DNA of 64,000 nucleotides, taken from NCBI GenBank assembly GCA_964057225.1, contig CAXKVF010000088.1, positions 1-64,000 of the forward strand, read 5' to 3'. How positions within the stretch are numbered: the stretch's first letter is position 1; each line of letters starts with the position of its first letter. Below the pieces are notes generated by a model. That model saw only the letters and a list, made by a program, of their open reading frames with translations, searched no databases and was not told where the DNA came from. Source of the DNA: Auanema rhodensis. Lineage: Eukaryota > Animalia > Nematoda. The position numbers were made by a program, and so were the translations under genes. Below, in pieces: positions 1 through 12,400 of this stretch.

Positions 1-3000
1 GTGAAGAGCGAGGTTACATACCAAGGTGCACATCACGTGTACATTTAATTAGCATAAATTAAAGTTCACGTAAATTTCAAAAGTCATGGTTACCATGAAC
101 CAATATCAATAAAAATTTGTTTTTTAGACTAATATGGACATGGGAAATCTAATTTTGAAAACCGCAATCTCTTCATCTTTCACGTTGAAGCGAGTTACAT
201 ACCAAGTGCACATCACGTGTACATTTAATTAGCATAAAATTAAAGTTCACGTAATATTCCAAAGTCATGGTTACCATGAACTAATATCAATAAAAATTTG
301 TTTTTTAGACTAATATGGACATGGGGAATCTAATTTTGAAAACCGCATCTCTTTATCTTTCACGTGAAGCGAGTTTACATACCAAAGTGCACATCACGTG
401 TACATTTAATTAGCATAAATTAAAGTTCACGTAAATTTCAAAGTCATGGTTACCATGAACCAATATCAATAAAAATTTGTTTTTAGACTAATATGGACAT
501 GGGGAATCTAATTTTGAACACCGCATCTCTTTATCTTTCACGTGAAGCGAGTTACATACCAAGGTGCACATCACGTGTACATTTAATTAGCATAAAATTA
601 AAGTTCACGTAAATTTCAAAGTCATGGTTACCATGAACCAATATCAATAAAAATTTGTTTTTTAGGACTAATATGGACATGGGGAATCTAATTTTGAAAA
701 CCGCATCTCTTTATCTTTCACGTGGAAGCGAGTTACATACCAAGTGCACATCACGTGTACATTTAATTAGCATAAATTAAAGTCACGTAAATTTTCAAAG
801 TCATGGTTACCATGAACCAATATCAATAAAAATTTGTTTTTAGACTAATATGGACATGGGGAAATCTAATTTTGAAAAACCGCATCTCTTTATCTTTCAC
901 GTGAAGCGAGTTACATACCAAAGTGCACATCACGTGTACATTTAATTAGCATAAATTAAAGTTCACCGTAAATTTCAAAGTCATGGTTACCATGAACCAA
1001 TATCAATAAAAATTTGTTTTTAGGACTAATATGGACATGGGGAATCTAATTTTGAAAACCGCATCTCTTTATCTTTCACGTGAAGCGAGTTACATACCAA
1101 GTGCACATCACGTGTACATTTAATTAGCATAAATTAAAGTTCACGTAAATTTCAAAGTCCATGGTTACCATGCACCAATATCAATAAAAATTTGTTTTTT
1201 TAGACCTAATATGGACATGGGGAATCTAATTTTGAAAACCGCATCTCTTTATCTTTCACGTGAAGCGAGTTACATACCAAGTGCACATCACGTGTACATT
1301 TAATTAGCATAAATTAAAGTTCACGTAAAATTTCAAAGTCATGGTTACCATGCACCAATATCAATAAAATTTGTTTTTAGACTAATATGGACATGGGGAA
1401 TCTAATTTTGAAAAACCGCATCTCTTTATCTTTCACGTGAAGCGAGTTTACATACCAAGTGCACATCACGTGTACATTTAATTAGCATAAATTAAAGTTC
1501 ACGTAAATTTCAAAGTCATGGTTACCATGAAGCAATATCAATAAAAATTTGTTTTTTTTAGGACTAATATGGACATGGGGAATCTAATTTTGAAAACCGC
1601 ATCTCTTTATCTTTCACGTGAAACGAGTTACATACCAAGTGCACATCACGTGTACATTTAATTAGCATAAATTAAAGTTCACGTAAATTTCAAAGTCATG
1701 GTTACCATGAACCAATATCAATAAAAATTTGTTTTTAGACTAATATGGACATGGGGAATCTAATTTTGAAAACCGCATCTCTTTATCTTTCACGTGAAGC
1801 GAGTTACATACCAAGTGCACATCATGTGTACATTTAATTAGCATAAATTAAAGTTCACGTAAATTTCAAAGTCATGGTTACCATGCACCAATATCAATAA
1901 AAATTTGTTTTTAGACTAATATGGACATGGGGAATCTAATTTTGAAAACCGCATCTCTTTATCTTTCACGTGAAGCGAGTTACATACCAAGTGCACATCA
2001 CGTGTACATTTTAATTAGCATAAATTAAAGTTCACGTAAATTTCAAAGTCAATGGTTACCATGAACCAATATCAATAAAAAATTTGTTTTTAGACTAATA
2101 TGGACATGGGGAATCTAATTTTGAAAACCGCATTCTCTTTATCTTTCACGTGAAGCGAGTTACATACCAATGTGCACATCACGTGTACATTTAATTAGCA
2201 TAAATTAAGTTCACGTAAATTTCAAAGTCATGGTTACCATGAACCAATATCAATAAAAAATTTGTTTTTAGACTAATATGGACATGGGGAAATCTAATTT
2301 TGAAAACCGCATCTCTTCATCTTTCACGTGAAGCGAGTTACATACCAAGTGCACATCACGTGTACATTTAATTAGCATAAATTAAAGTTCACGTAAATTT
2401 CAAAGTCATGGTTACCATGCACCAATAATCAATAAAAATTTGTTTTTAGACTAATATGGACATGGGGAATCTAATTTTGAAAACCGCATCTCTTTATCTT
2501 TCACGTTGAAGCGAGTTACATACCAAGTGCACATCACGTGTACATTTAATTAGCATAAATTAAAGTTCACGTAAATTTCAAAGTCATGGTTACCATGCAC
2601 CAATATCAATAAAAATTTGTTTTTAGACTAATATGGACATGGGGAAATCTAATTTTGAAAACCGCATCTCTTTATCTTTCACGTGAAGCGAGTTACATAC
2701 CAAGTGCACATCACGTGTACATTTAATTAGCATAAATTAAAGTTCACGTAAATTTCAAAGTCATGGTTACCATGAAGCAATATCAATAAAAATTTGTTTT
2801 TTAGACTAATATGGACATGGGGGAATCTAATTTTGAAAAACCGCATCTCTTTATCTTTCACGTGAAACGAGTTACATACCAAGTGCACATCACGTGTACA
2901 TTTAATTAGCATAAAATTAAAGTTCACGTAAATTTCAAAGTCATGGTTACCATGAACCAATATCAATAAAAATTTGTTTTTAGACTAATATGGACATGGG

Positions 3001-6000
3001 GAATCTAATTTTGAAAACCGCATCTCTTTATCTTTCACGTGAAGCGAGTTACATACCAAGGTGCACATCACGTGTACATTTAATTAGCATAAATTAAAGT
3101 TCACGTAAATTTCAAAGTCATGGTTACCATGCACCAATATCAATAAAAATTTGTTTTTAGACTAATATGGACATGGAGAATCTAATTTTGAAAACCGCAT
3201 CTCTTTATCTTTCACGTGAAGCGAGTTACATACCAAGTGCACATCACGTGTACATTTAATTAGCATAAATTAAAGTTCACGTAAATTTCAAAGTCATGGT
3301 TACCATGAAGCAATATCAATAAAAATTTGTTTTTTAGACTAATATGGACATGGGGAATCTAATTTTGAAAACCCGCATCTCTTTTATCTTTCACGTGAAG
3401 CGAGTTTACATACCAAGTGCACATCACGTGTACATTTTAATTAGCATAAATTAAAGTTCACGTAAATTTCAAAGTCATGGTTACCATGAACCAATATCAA
3501 TAAAAAATTTGTTTTTTAGACTAATATGGACATGGGGAATCTAATTTTGAAAACCGCATTTCTTTATCTTTCACGTGAAGCGAGTTACATACCAAGTGCA
3601 CATCACGTGTACATTTAATTAGCATAAATTAAAGTTCACGTAAAATTCAAAGTCATGGTTACCATGAACCAATATCAATAAAAATTTGTTTTTTAGGGAC
3701 TAATATGGACATGGGGAATCTAATTTTGAAAACCGCATCTTTTTATCTTTCCACGTGAAGCGAGTTACATACCAAGTGCACATCACGTGTACATTTAATT
3801 AGCATAAATTAAAGTTCACGTAAATTTCAAAGTCATGGTTACCATGAACCAATATCAATAAAAATTTGTTTTTAGACTAATATGGACATGGGGAATCTAA
3901 TTTTGAAAACCCGCATTTCTTTATCTTTCACGTGAAGCGAGTTACATACCAAGTGCACATCACGTGTACATTTAATTAGCATAAATTAAAAGTTCACGGT
4001 AAATTTCAAAGTCATGGTTACCATGCACCAATATCAATAAAAATTTGTTTTTTAGACTAATATGGACATGGGGAATCTAATTTGAAAACCGCATCTCTTT
4101 ATCTTTCACGTGAAGCGAGTTTACATACCAATGTGCACATCACGTGTACATTTAATTAGCATAAATTAAAGTTCACGTAAATTTCAAAGTCATGGTTACC
4201 ATGAACCAATATCAATAAAAATTGTTTTTTAGACTAATATGGACATGGGAAATCTAATTTTGAAAACCGCATCTCTTCATCTTTCACGTGAAGCGAGTTA
4301 CATACCAAGTGCACATCACGTGTACATTTAATTAGCATAAATTAAAGTTCACGTATATTCCAAAGTCATGGGTTACCATGAACTAATATCAATAAAAATT
4401 TGTTTTTGTAGGACTAATATGGACATGGGGAATCTAATTTTGAAAACCGCATCTCTTTATCTTTCACGTGAAGAGCGAGTTACATACCAAGTGCACATCA
4501 CGTGTACATTTAATTAGCAATAAATTAAAGTTTCACGTAAATTTCAAAGTCATGGTTACCATGAACCAATATCAATAAAAATTTTGTTTTTTAGACTAAT
4601 ATGGACATGGGGAATCTAATTTTGAACACCGCATCTCTTTATCTTTCACGTGAAGCGAGTTACATACCAAGTGCACATCACGTGTACATTTAATTAGCAT
4701 AAATTAAAGTTCACGTAAATTTCAAAGTCATGGTTTACCATGAAACCAATATCAATAAAAATTTGTTTTTTAGACTAATATGGACATGGGGAATCTAATT
4801 TTGAAAACCGCATCTCTTTATCTTTCACGTGAAGCGAGTTACATACCAAAGTGCACATCACGTGTACATTTAATTAGCATAAATTAAAGTTCACGTAAAA
4901 TTTCAAAGTCCATGGTTACCATGAACCAATATCAATAAAAATTTGTTTTTTAGACTAATATGGACATGGGGAATCTAATTTTGAAAACCGCATCTCTTTA
5001 TCTTTCACGTGAAGGCGAGTTACATACCAAGTGCACATCACGTGTACATTTAATTAGCATAAATTTAAAGTTCACGTAAATTTCAAAAGTCATGGTTACC
5101 ATGAACCAATATCAATAAAAATTTGTTTTTTTAGACTAATATGGACATGGGGAATCTAATTTTGAAAACCGCATCTCTTTTATCTTTCACGTGAAGCGAG
5201 TTACATACCAAGTGCACATCACGTGTACATTTAATTAGCATAAATTAAAGTTCACGTAAATTTCAAAGTCATGGTTACCATGCACCAATATCAATAAAAA
5301 TTTGTTTTTAGACTAATATGGACATGGGGAATCTAATTTTGAAAACCGCATCTCTTTATCTTTCACGTGAAGCGAGTTACATACCAAGTGCACATCACGT
5401 GTACATTTAATTAGCATAAATTAAAGTTCACGTAAATTTCAAAAAGTCATGGTTACCATGCACCAATATCAATAAAAAATTTGTTTTTAGACTAATATGG
5501 ACATGGGGAATCTAATTTTGAAAACCGCATCTCTTTATCTTTCACGTGAAGCGAGTTTACATACAAAGTGCACATCACGTGTACATTTAATTAGCATAAA
5601 TTAAAGTTCACGTAAATTTCAAAGTCATGGTTACCATGAAGCAATATCAATAAAAATTTGTTTTTTAGACTAATATGGACCATGGGGAATCTAATTTTGA
5701 AAACCGCATCTCTTTATCTTTCACGTGAAACGAGTTACATACCAAGTGCACATCACGTGTACATTTAATTAGCATAAATTAAAGTTCACGTAAATTTCAA
5801 AGTCATGGTTACCATGAACCAATATCAATAAAAATTTGTTTTTAGGACTAATATGGACATGGGGAATCTAATTTTGAAAACCGCATCTCTTTATCTTTCA
5901 CGTGAAGCGAGTTACATACCAAGTGCACATCATGTGTACATTTAATTAGCATAAATTAAAGTTTCACGTAAATTTCAAAGTCATGGTTACCATGCACCAA

Positions 6001-8220
6001 TATCAATAAAAATTTGTTTTTAGACTAATATGGACATGGGGAATCTAATTTTGAAAAACCGCATCTCTTTATCTTTCACGTGAAGCGAGTTACATACCAA
6101 GTGCACATCACGTGTACATTTAATTAGCATAAATTAAAGTTCACGTAAATTTCAAAGTCATGGTTTACCATGAACAATATCAATAAAAATTTGTTTTTTT
6201 AGACTAATATGGACATGGGAATCTAATTTTGAAAAACCGCATCTCTTTATCTTTCACGTGAAGCGAGTTACATACCAAAGTGCACATCACGTGTACATTT
6301 AATTAGCATAAATTAAAGTTCACGTAAATTTCAAAGTCATGGTTACCATGAACCAATATCAATAAAAATTTGGTTTTTAGACTAATATGGACATGGGAAA
6401 TCTAATTTTGAAAACCGCCATCTCTTCATCTTTCACGTGAAGCGAGTTACATACCAAGGTGCACATCACGTGTACATTTAATTAGCATAAATTAAAGTTC
6501 ACGTAAATTTCAAAGTCATGGTTACCATGCACCAATATCAATAAAAATTTGTTTTTTAGACTAATATGGACATGGGGAATCTAATTTTGAAAACCGCATT
6601 CTCTTTATCTTCACGTGAAGCGAGTTACATACCAAGTGCACATCACGTGTACATTTAATTAGCATAAATTAAAGTTCACGTAAATTTCAAAGTCATGGTT
6701 ACCATGCACCAATATCAATAAAAATTTGTTTTTAGACTAATATGGACATGGGGAATCTAATTTTGAAAACCGCATCTCTTTATCTTTCACGTGAAGCGAG
6801 TTACATACCAAGTGCACATCACGTGTACATTTAATTAGCATAAATTAAAAGTTCACGTAAATTTCAAAGTCATGGTTACCATGAAGCCAATATCAATAAA
6901 AATTTGTTTTTTAGACTAATATGGACATGGGGAATCTAATTTGAAACCGCATCTCTTTATCTTTCACGTGAAACGAGTTACATACCAATGTGCACATCCA
7001 CGTGTACATTTAATTAGCATAAATTAAAGTTCACGTAAATTTCAAAGTCATGGTTACCATGAACCAATATCAATAAAAATTTGTTTTTAGACTAATATGG
7101 ACATGGGGAAATCTAATTTTGGAAAACCGCATCTCTTTATCTTTCACGTGAAGCGAGTTACATACCAAGTGCACATCACGTGTACATTTAATTAGCATAA
7201 ATTAAAGTTCACGTAAATTTCAAAGTCATGGTTACCATGCACCAATATCAATAAAAATTTGTTTTTTAGACTAATATGGACATGGAGAATCTAATTTTGA
7301 AAACCGCATCTCTTTATCTTTCACGTTGAAGCGAGTTACATACCAAGTGCACATCACGTGTACATTTAATTAGCATAAATTAAAGTTCACGTAAATTCAA
7401 AGTCATGGTTACAAGCAATGTAACATGAAGCATAACCAATATCAATAAAAATTTGTTTTTAGACTAATATGGACATGGGGAATCTAATTTTGAAAACCGC
7501 ATCTCTTTATCTTTCACGTGAAGCGAGTTACATACCAAGTGCACATCACGTGTACATTTAAATTAGCATAAAATTAAAGTTCACGTAAATTCAAAGTCAT
7601 GGTTACCATGAACCAATATCAATAAAAATTTGTTTTTAGACTAATATGGACATGGGGAATCTAATTTTGAAAACCGCATTTCTTTATCTTTCACGGTGAA
7701 GCGAGTTACATACCCAAGTGCACAATCACGTGTACATTTAAATTAGCATAAATTAAAGTTCACGTAAAATTCAAAGTCATGGTTACCATGAACCAATATC
7801 AATAAAAATTTGTTTTTAGACTAATATGGACATGGGGAATCTAATTTTGAAAACCGCATCTTTTTATCTTTCACGTGAAGCGAGTTACATACCAAGTGCA
7901 CATCACGTGTACATTTAATTAGCATAAAATTAAAGTTCACGTAAAATTTCAAAGTCATGGTTACCATGAACCAATATCAATAAAAATTTGTTTTTAGACT
8001 AATATGGACATGGGGAATCTAATTTTGAAACCGCATTTCTTTATCTTTCACGTGAAGCGAGTTACATACCAAGTGCCACATCACGTGTACATTTAATTAG
8101 CATAAATTAAAGTTCACGTAAATTTCAAAGTCATGGTTACCCATGCACCAATATCAATAAAAATTTTGTTTTTTAGACTAATATGGACATGGGGAATCTA
8201 ATTTTGAAAACCGCATCTCT
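1..8220 (+). repeat. Higher-order repeat: two tandem copies of a 23-monomer (~4.1 kb) unit
   Basis: Ordered rare variants recur ~4105-4120 bp apart: GAACACCG ~518/~4625, GAAACGAG ~1620/~5728, ATCATGTG ~1823/~5931, ATGGAGAA ~3175/~7284, GCATTTCT ~3557/~7677. 23 monomer starts counted between 1 and 4110. Confidence 0.9.
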
Positions 8221-11200
8221 TTATCTTTCACGTGAAGGCGAGTTACATACCAAGTGCACATCACGTGTACATTTAATTAGCATAAATTAAAGTTCACGTA
8301 ATTTCAAAGTCATGGTTACCATGAAGCAATATCAATAAAATTTGTTTTTAGACTAATATGGACATGGGGAATCTAATTTTGAAAACCGCATCTCTTTATC
8401 TTTCACGTGAGCGAGTTACATACCAAGTGCACATCACGTGTACATTTAATTAGCATAAATTAAAGTTCACGTAAATTTCAAAGTCATGGTTACCATGAAC
8501 CAATATCAATAAAAATTTGTTTTTTAGACTAATATGGACCATGGGGAATCTAATTTTGAAAACCGCATTTCTTTATCTTTCACGTGAAGCGAGTTACATA
8601 CCAAGTGCACATCACGTGTACATTTAATTAGCATAAATTAAAGTTCACGTAAATTCAAAGTCATGGTTACATGAACCAATATCAATAAAAATTTGTTTTT
8701 AGACTAATATGGACATGGGGAATCTAATTTTGAAAACCGCATCTCTTTTTATCTTTCACGTGAAGCTAGTTACATACCAAGTGCACATCACGTGTACATT
8801 AAATTAGCATTAATTAAAGTTCACGTAAATTTCAAAGTCATGGTTACCATGAACCAATATCAATAAAAATTTGTTTTTAGGACTAATATGGACATGGGGA
8901 ATCTAATTTTGAAAACCGCATCTCTTTATCTTTCACGTTGAAGCGAGTTACATACCAAGTGCACATCACCGTGTACATTTAATTAGCATAAATTAAAGTT
9001 CACGTATATTTCAAAGTCATGGTTACCATGAACCAATATCAATAAAAATTTGTTTTTTAGACTAATATGGACATGGGGAATCTAATTTGAAAACCGCATC
9101 TTTTTATCTTTCACGTGAAGCTAGTTACATACCAAGTGCACATCACGTGTACATTAAATTAGCATTAATTAAAGTTCACGTAAATTTCAAAGTCATGGTT
9201 ACCATGAACCAATATCAATAAAAATTTGTTTTTAGACTAATATGGGACATGGGGAATCTAATTTTGAAAACCGCATCTCTTTATCTTTCACGTGAAGCGA
9301 GTTACATACCAAAGGTGCACATCACGTGTACATTTAATTAGCATAAATTAAAGTTCACGTAAATTTCAAAGTCATGGTTACCATGAACTAATATCAATAA
9401 AAAATTTGTTTTTTAGACTAATATGGACATGGGGAATCTAATTTTGAAACCGCATCTCTTTATCTTTCACGTGAAGCGAGTTACATACCAAGTGCACATC
9501 ACGTGTACATTTAATTAGCATAAATTAAAGTTCACGTAAATTTCAAAGTCATGGTTACCATGAACCAATATCAATAAAAATTTGTTTTTTAGGACTAATA
9601 TGGACATGGGAAATCTAATTTTGAAAACCGCATCTCTTTATCTTTCACGTGAAGCGAGTTACATACCAAGTGCACATCACGTGTACATTTAATTAGCATA
9701 AATTAAAAGTTCACGTAAATTTCAAAGTCATGGTTACCATGAACCAATATCAATAAAAATTTGTTTTTAGACTAATATGGACATGGGGAATCTAATTTTG
9801 AAAACCGCATCTCTTTATCTTTCACGTGAAGCGAGTTACATACCAAGTGCACATCACGTGTACATTTAATTAGCATAAATTAAAGTTCACGTAAATTTCA
9901 AAGTCATGGTTACCATGAAGCAATATCAAAAAAATTTGTTTTTAGACTAATATGGACATGGGGAATCTAATTTTGAAAAACCGCATCTCTTTATCTTTCA
10001 CGTGAAGCGAGTTACATACCAAGTGCACATCACGTGTACATTTAATTAGCATAAATTAAAGTTCACGTAAATTTCAAAGTCATGGTTACCATGAACCAAT
10101 ATCAATAAAAATTTGTTTTTAGACTAATATGGACATGGGGAATCTAATTTTGAAAACCGCATCTCTTTATCTTTCACGTGAAGCGAGTTACATACCAAGT
10201 GCACATCACGTGTACATTTAATTAGCATAAATTAAAGTTCACGTAAATTTCAAAGTCATGGTTACCATGAACCAATATCAATAAAAATTTGTTTTTAGAC
10301 TAATATGGACATGGGGAATCTAATTTTGAAAACCGCATCTCTTTATCTTTCACGTGAAGCGAGTTACATACCAAGTGCACATCACGTGTACATTTAATTA
10401 GCATAAATTAAAGTTCACGTAAAATTCAAAGTCATGGTTACCATGAACCAATATCAATAAAAATTTGTTTTTAGACTAATATGGACATGGGGAATCTAAT
10501 TTTGAAAACCGCATCTCTTTATCTTTCACGTGAAGCGAGTTACATACCAAGTGCACATCACGTGTACATTTAATTAGCATAAATTAAAGTTCACGTAAAT
10601 TTCAAAGTCATGGTTACCATGAAGCAATATCAATAAAAATTTGTTTTTAGACTAATATGGACATGGGGAATCTAATTTTGAAAACCGCATCTCTTTATCT
10701 TTCACGTGAAGCGAGTTACATACCAAGTGCACATCACGTGTACATTTAATTAGCATAAATTAAAGTTCACGTAAATTTCAAAGTCATGGTTACCATGAAC
10801 CAATATCAATAAAAATTTGTTTTTAGACTAATATGGACATGGGGAATCTAATTTTGAAAACCGCATTTCTTTATCTTTCACGTGAAGCGAGTTACATACC
10901 AAGTGCACATCACGTGTACATTTAATTAGCATAAATTAAAGTTCACGTAAAATTCAAAGTCATGGTTACCATGAACCAATATCAATAAAAATTTGTTTTT
11001 AGACTAATATGGACATGGGGAATCTAATTTTGAAAACCGCATCTTTTTATCTTTCACGTGAAGCTAGTTACATACCAAGTGCACATCACGTGTACATTAA
11101 ATTAGCATTAATTAAAGTTCACGTAAATTTCAAAGTCATGGTTACCATGAACCAATATCAATAAAAATTTGTTTTTAGACTAATATGGACATGGGGAATC

Positions 11201-12400
11201 TAATTTTGAAAACCGCATCTCTTTATCTTTCACGTGAAGCGAGTTACATACCAAGTGCACATCACGTGTACATTTAATTAGCATAAATTAAAGTTCACGT
11301 ATATTTCAAAGTCATGGTTACCATGAACCAATATCAATAAAAATTTGTTTTTAGACTAATATGGACATGGGGAATCTAATTTTGAAAACCGCATCTTTTT
11401 ATCTTTCACGTGAAGCTAGTTACATACCAAGTGCACATCACGTGTACATTAAATTAGCATTAATTAAAGTTCACGTAAATTTCAAAGTCATGGTTACCAT
11501 GAACCAATATCAATAAAAATTTGTTTTTAGACTAATATGGACATGGGGAATCTAATTTTGAAAACCGCATCTCTTTATCTTTCACGTGAAGCGAGTTACA
11601 TACCAAGTGCACATCACGTGTACATTTAATTAGCATAAATTAAAGTTCACGTATATTTCAAAGTCATGGTTACCATGAACTAATATCAATAAAAATTTGT
11701 TTTTAGACTAATATGGACATGGGGAATCTAATTTTGAAAACCGCATCTCTTTATCTTTCACGTGAAGCGAGTTACATACCAAGTGCACATCACGTGTACA
11801 TTTAATTAGCATAAATTAAAGTTCACGTAAATTTCAAAGTCATGGTTACCATGAACCAATATCAATAAAAATTTGTTTTTAGACTAATATGGACATGGGA
11901 AATCTAATTTTGAAAACCGCATCTCTTTATCTTTCACGTGAAGCGAGTTACATACCAAGTGCACATCACGTGTACATTTAATTAGCATAAATTAAAGTTC
12001 ACGTAAATTTCAAAGTCATGGTTACCATGAACCAATATCAATAAAAATTTGTTTTTAGACTAATATGGACATGGGGAATCTAATTTTGAAAACCGCATCT
12101 CTTTATCTTTCACGTGAAGCGAGTTACATACCAAGTGCACATCACGTGTACATTTAATTAGCATAAATTAAAGTTCACGTAAATTTCAAAGTCATGGTTA
12201 CCATGAAGCAATATCAATAAAAATTTGTTTTTAGACTAATATGGACATGGGGAATCTAATTTTGAAAACCGCATCTCTTTATTTTTCACGTGAAGCGAGT
12301 TACATACCAAGTGCACATCACGTGTACATTTAATTAGCATAAATTAAAGTTCACGTAAATTTCAAAGTCATGGTTACCATGAACCAATATCAATAAAAAT
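8220..12400 (+). repeat. Higher-order repeat: ~13-monomer (2288 bp) unit, about two copies
   Basis: GAAGCTAG plus ATTAAATTAGCATTAATT monomers at ~8763/~9119 recur at ~11063/~11415. AACTAAT ~9386/~11678, GGGAAAT ~9608/~11897 and AAGC ~9918/~12206 also recur. Confidence 0.88.
10178..10353 (+). repeat. Representative consensus monomer (176 bp)
   Basis: Matches the majority base at every position inspected. Contains single ApaLI (GTGCAC), BsrGI (TGTACA) and BstEII (GGTTACC) sites, two PmlI (CACGTG) sites per period and 5 CpGs per period. Confidence 0.97.

Noticed and set aside
2727-2966. 79-aa minus-strand ORF (MILVHGNHDFEIYVNF...)
   Set aside because: It is a translation of 1.4 satellite monomers (HGNHDFEIYVNFN appears twice). 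It is open only because of private indels in the noisy region and is not reproduced in the hundreds of clean copies.
10280-10285. AATAAA polyadenylation signal in each monomer
   Set aside because: Expected by chance in 68%-AT DNA and there is no associated transcription unit.
10205-10310. Resemblance to a budding-yeast point centromere: ATCACGTG (CDEI-like), 77-bp spacer, TGTTTTT (start of CDEIII-like)
   Set aside because: The spacer is only ~77% AT, below typical CDEII. The essential CCG core of CDEIII is missing at the expected position, and point centromeres are not tandemly arrayed. Probably coincidental.
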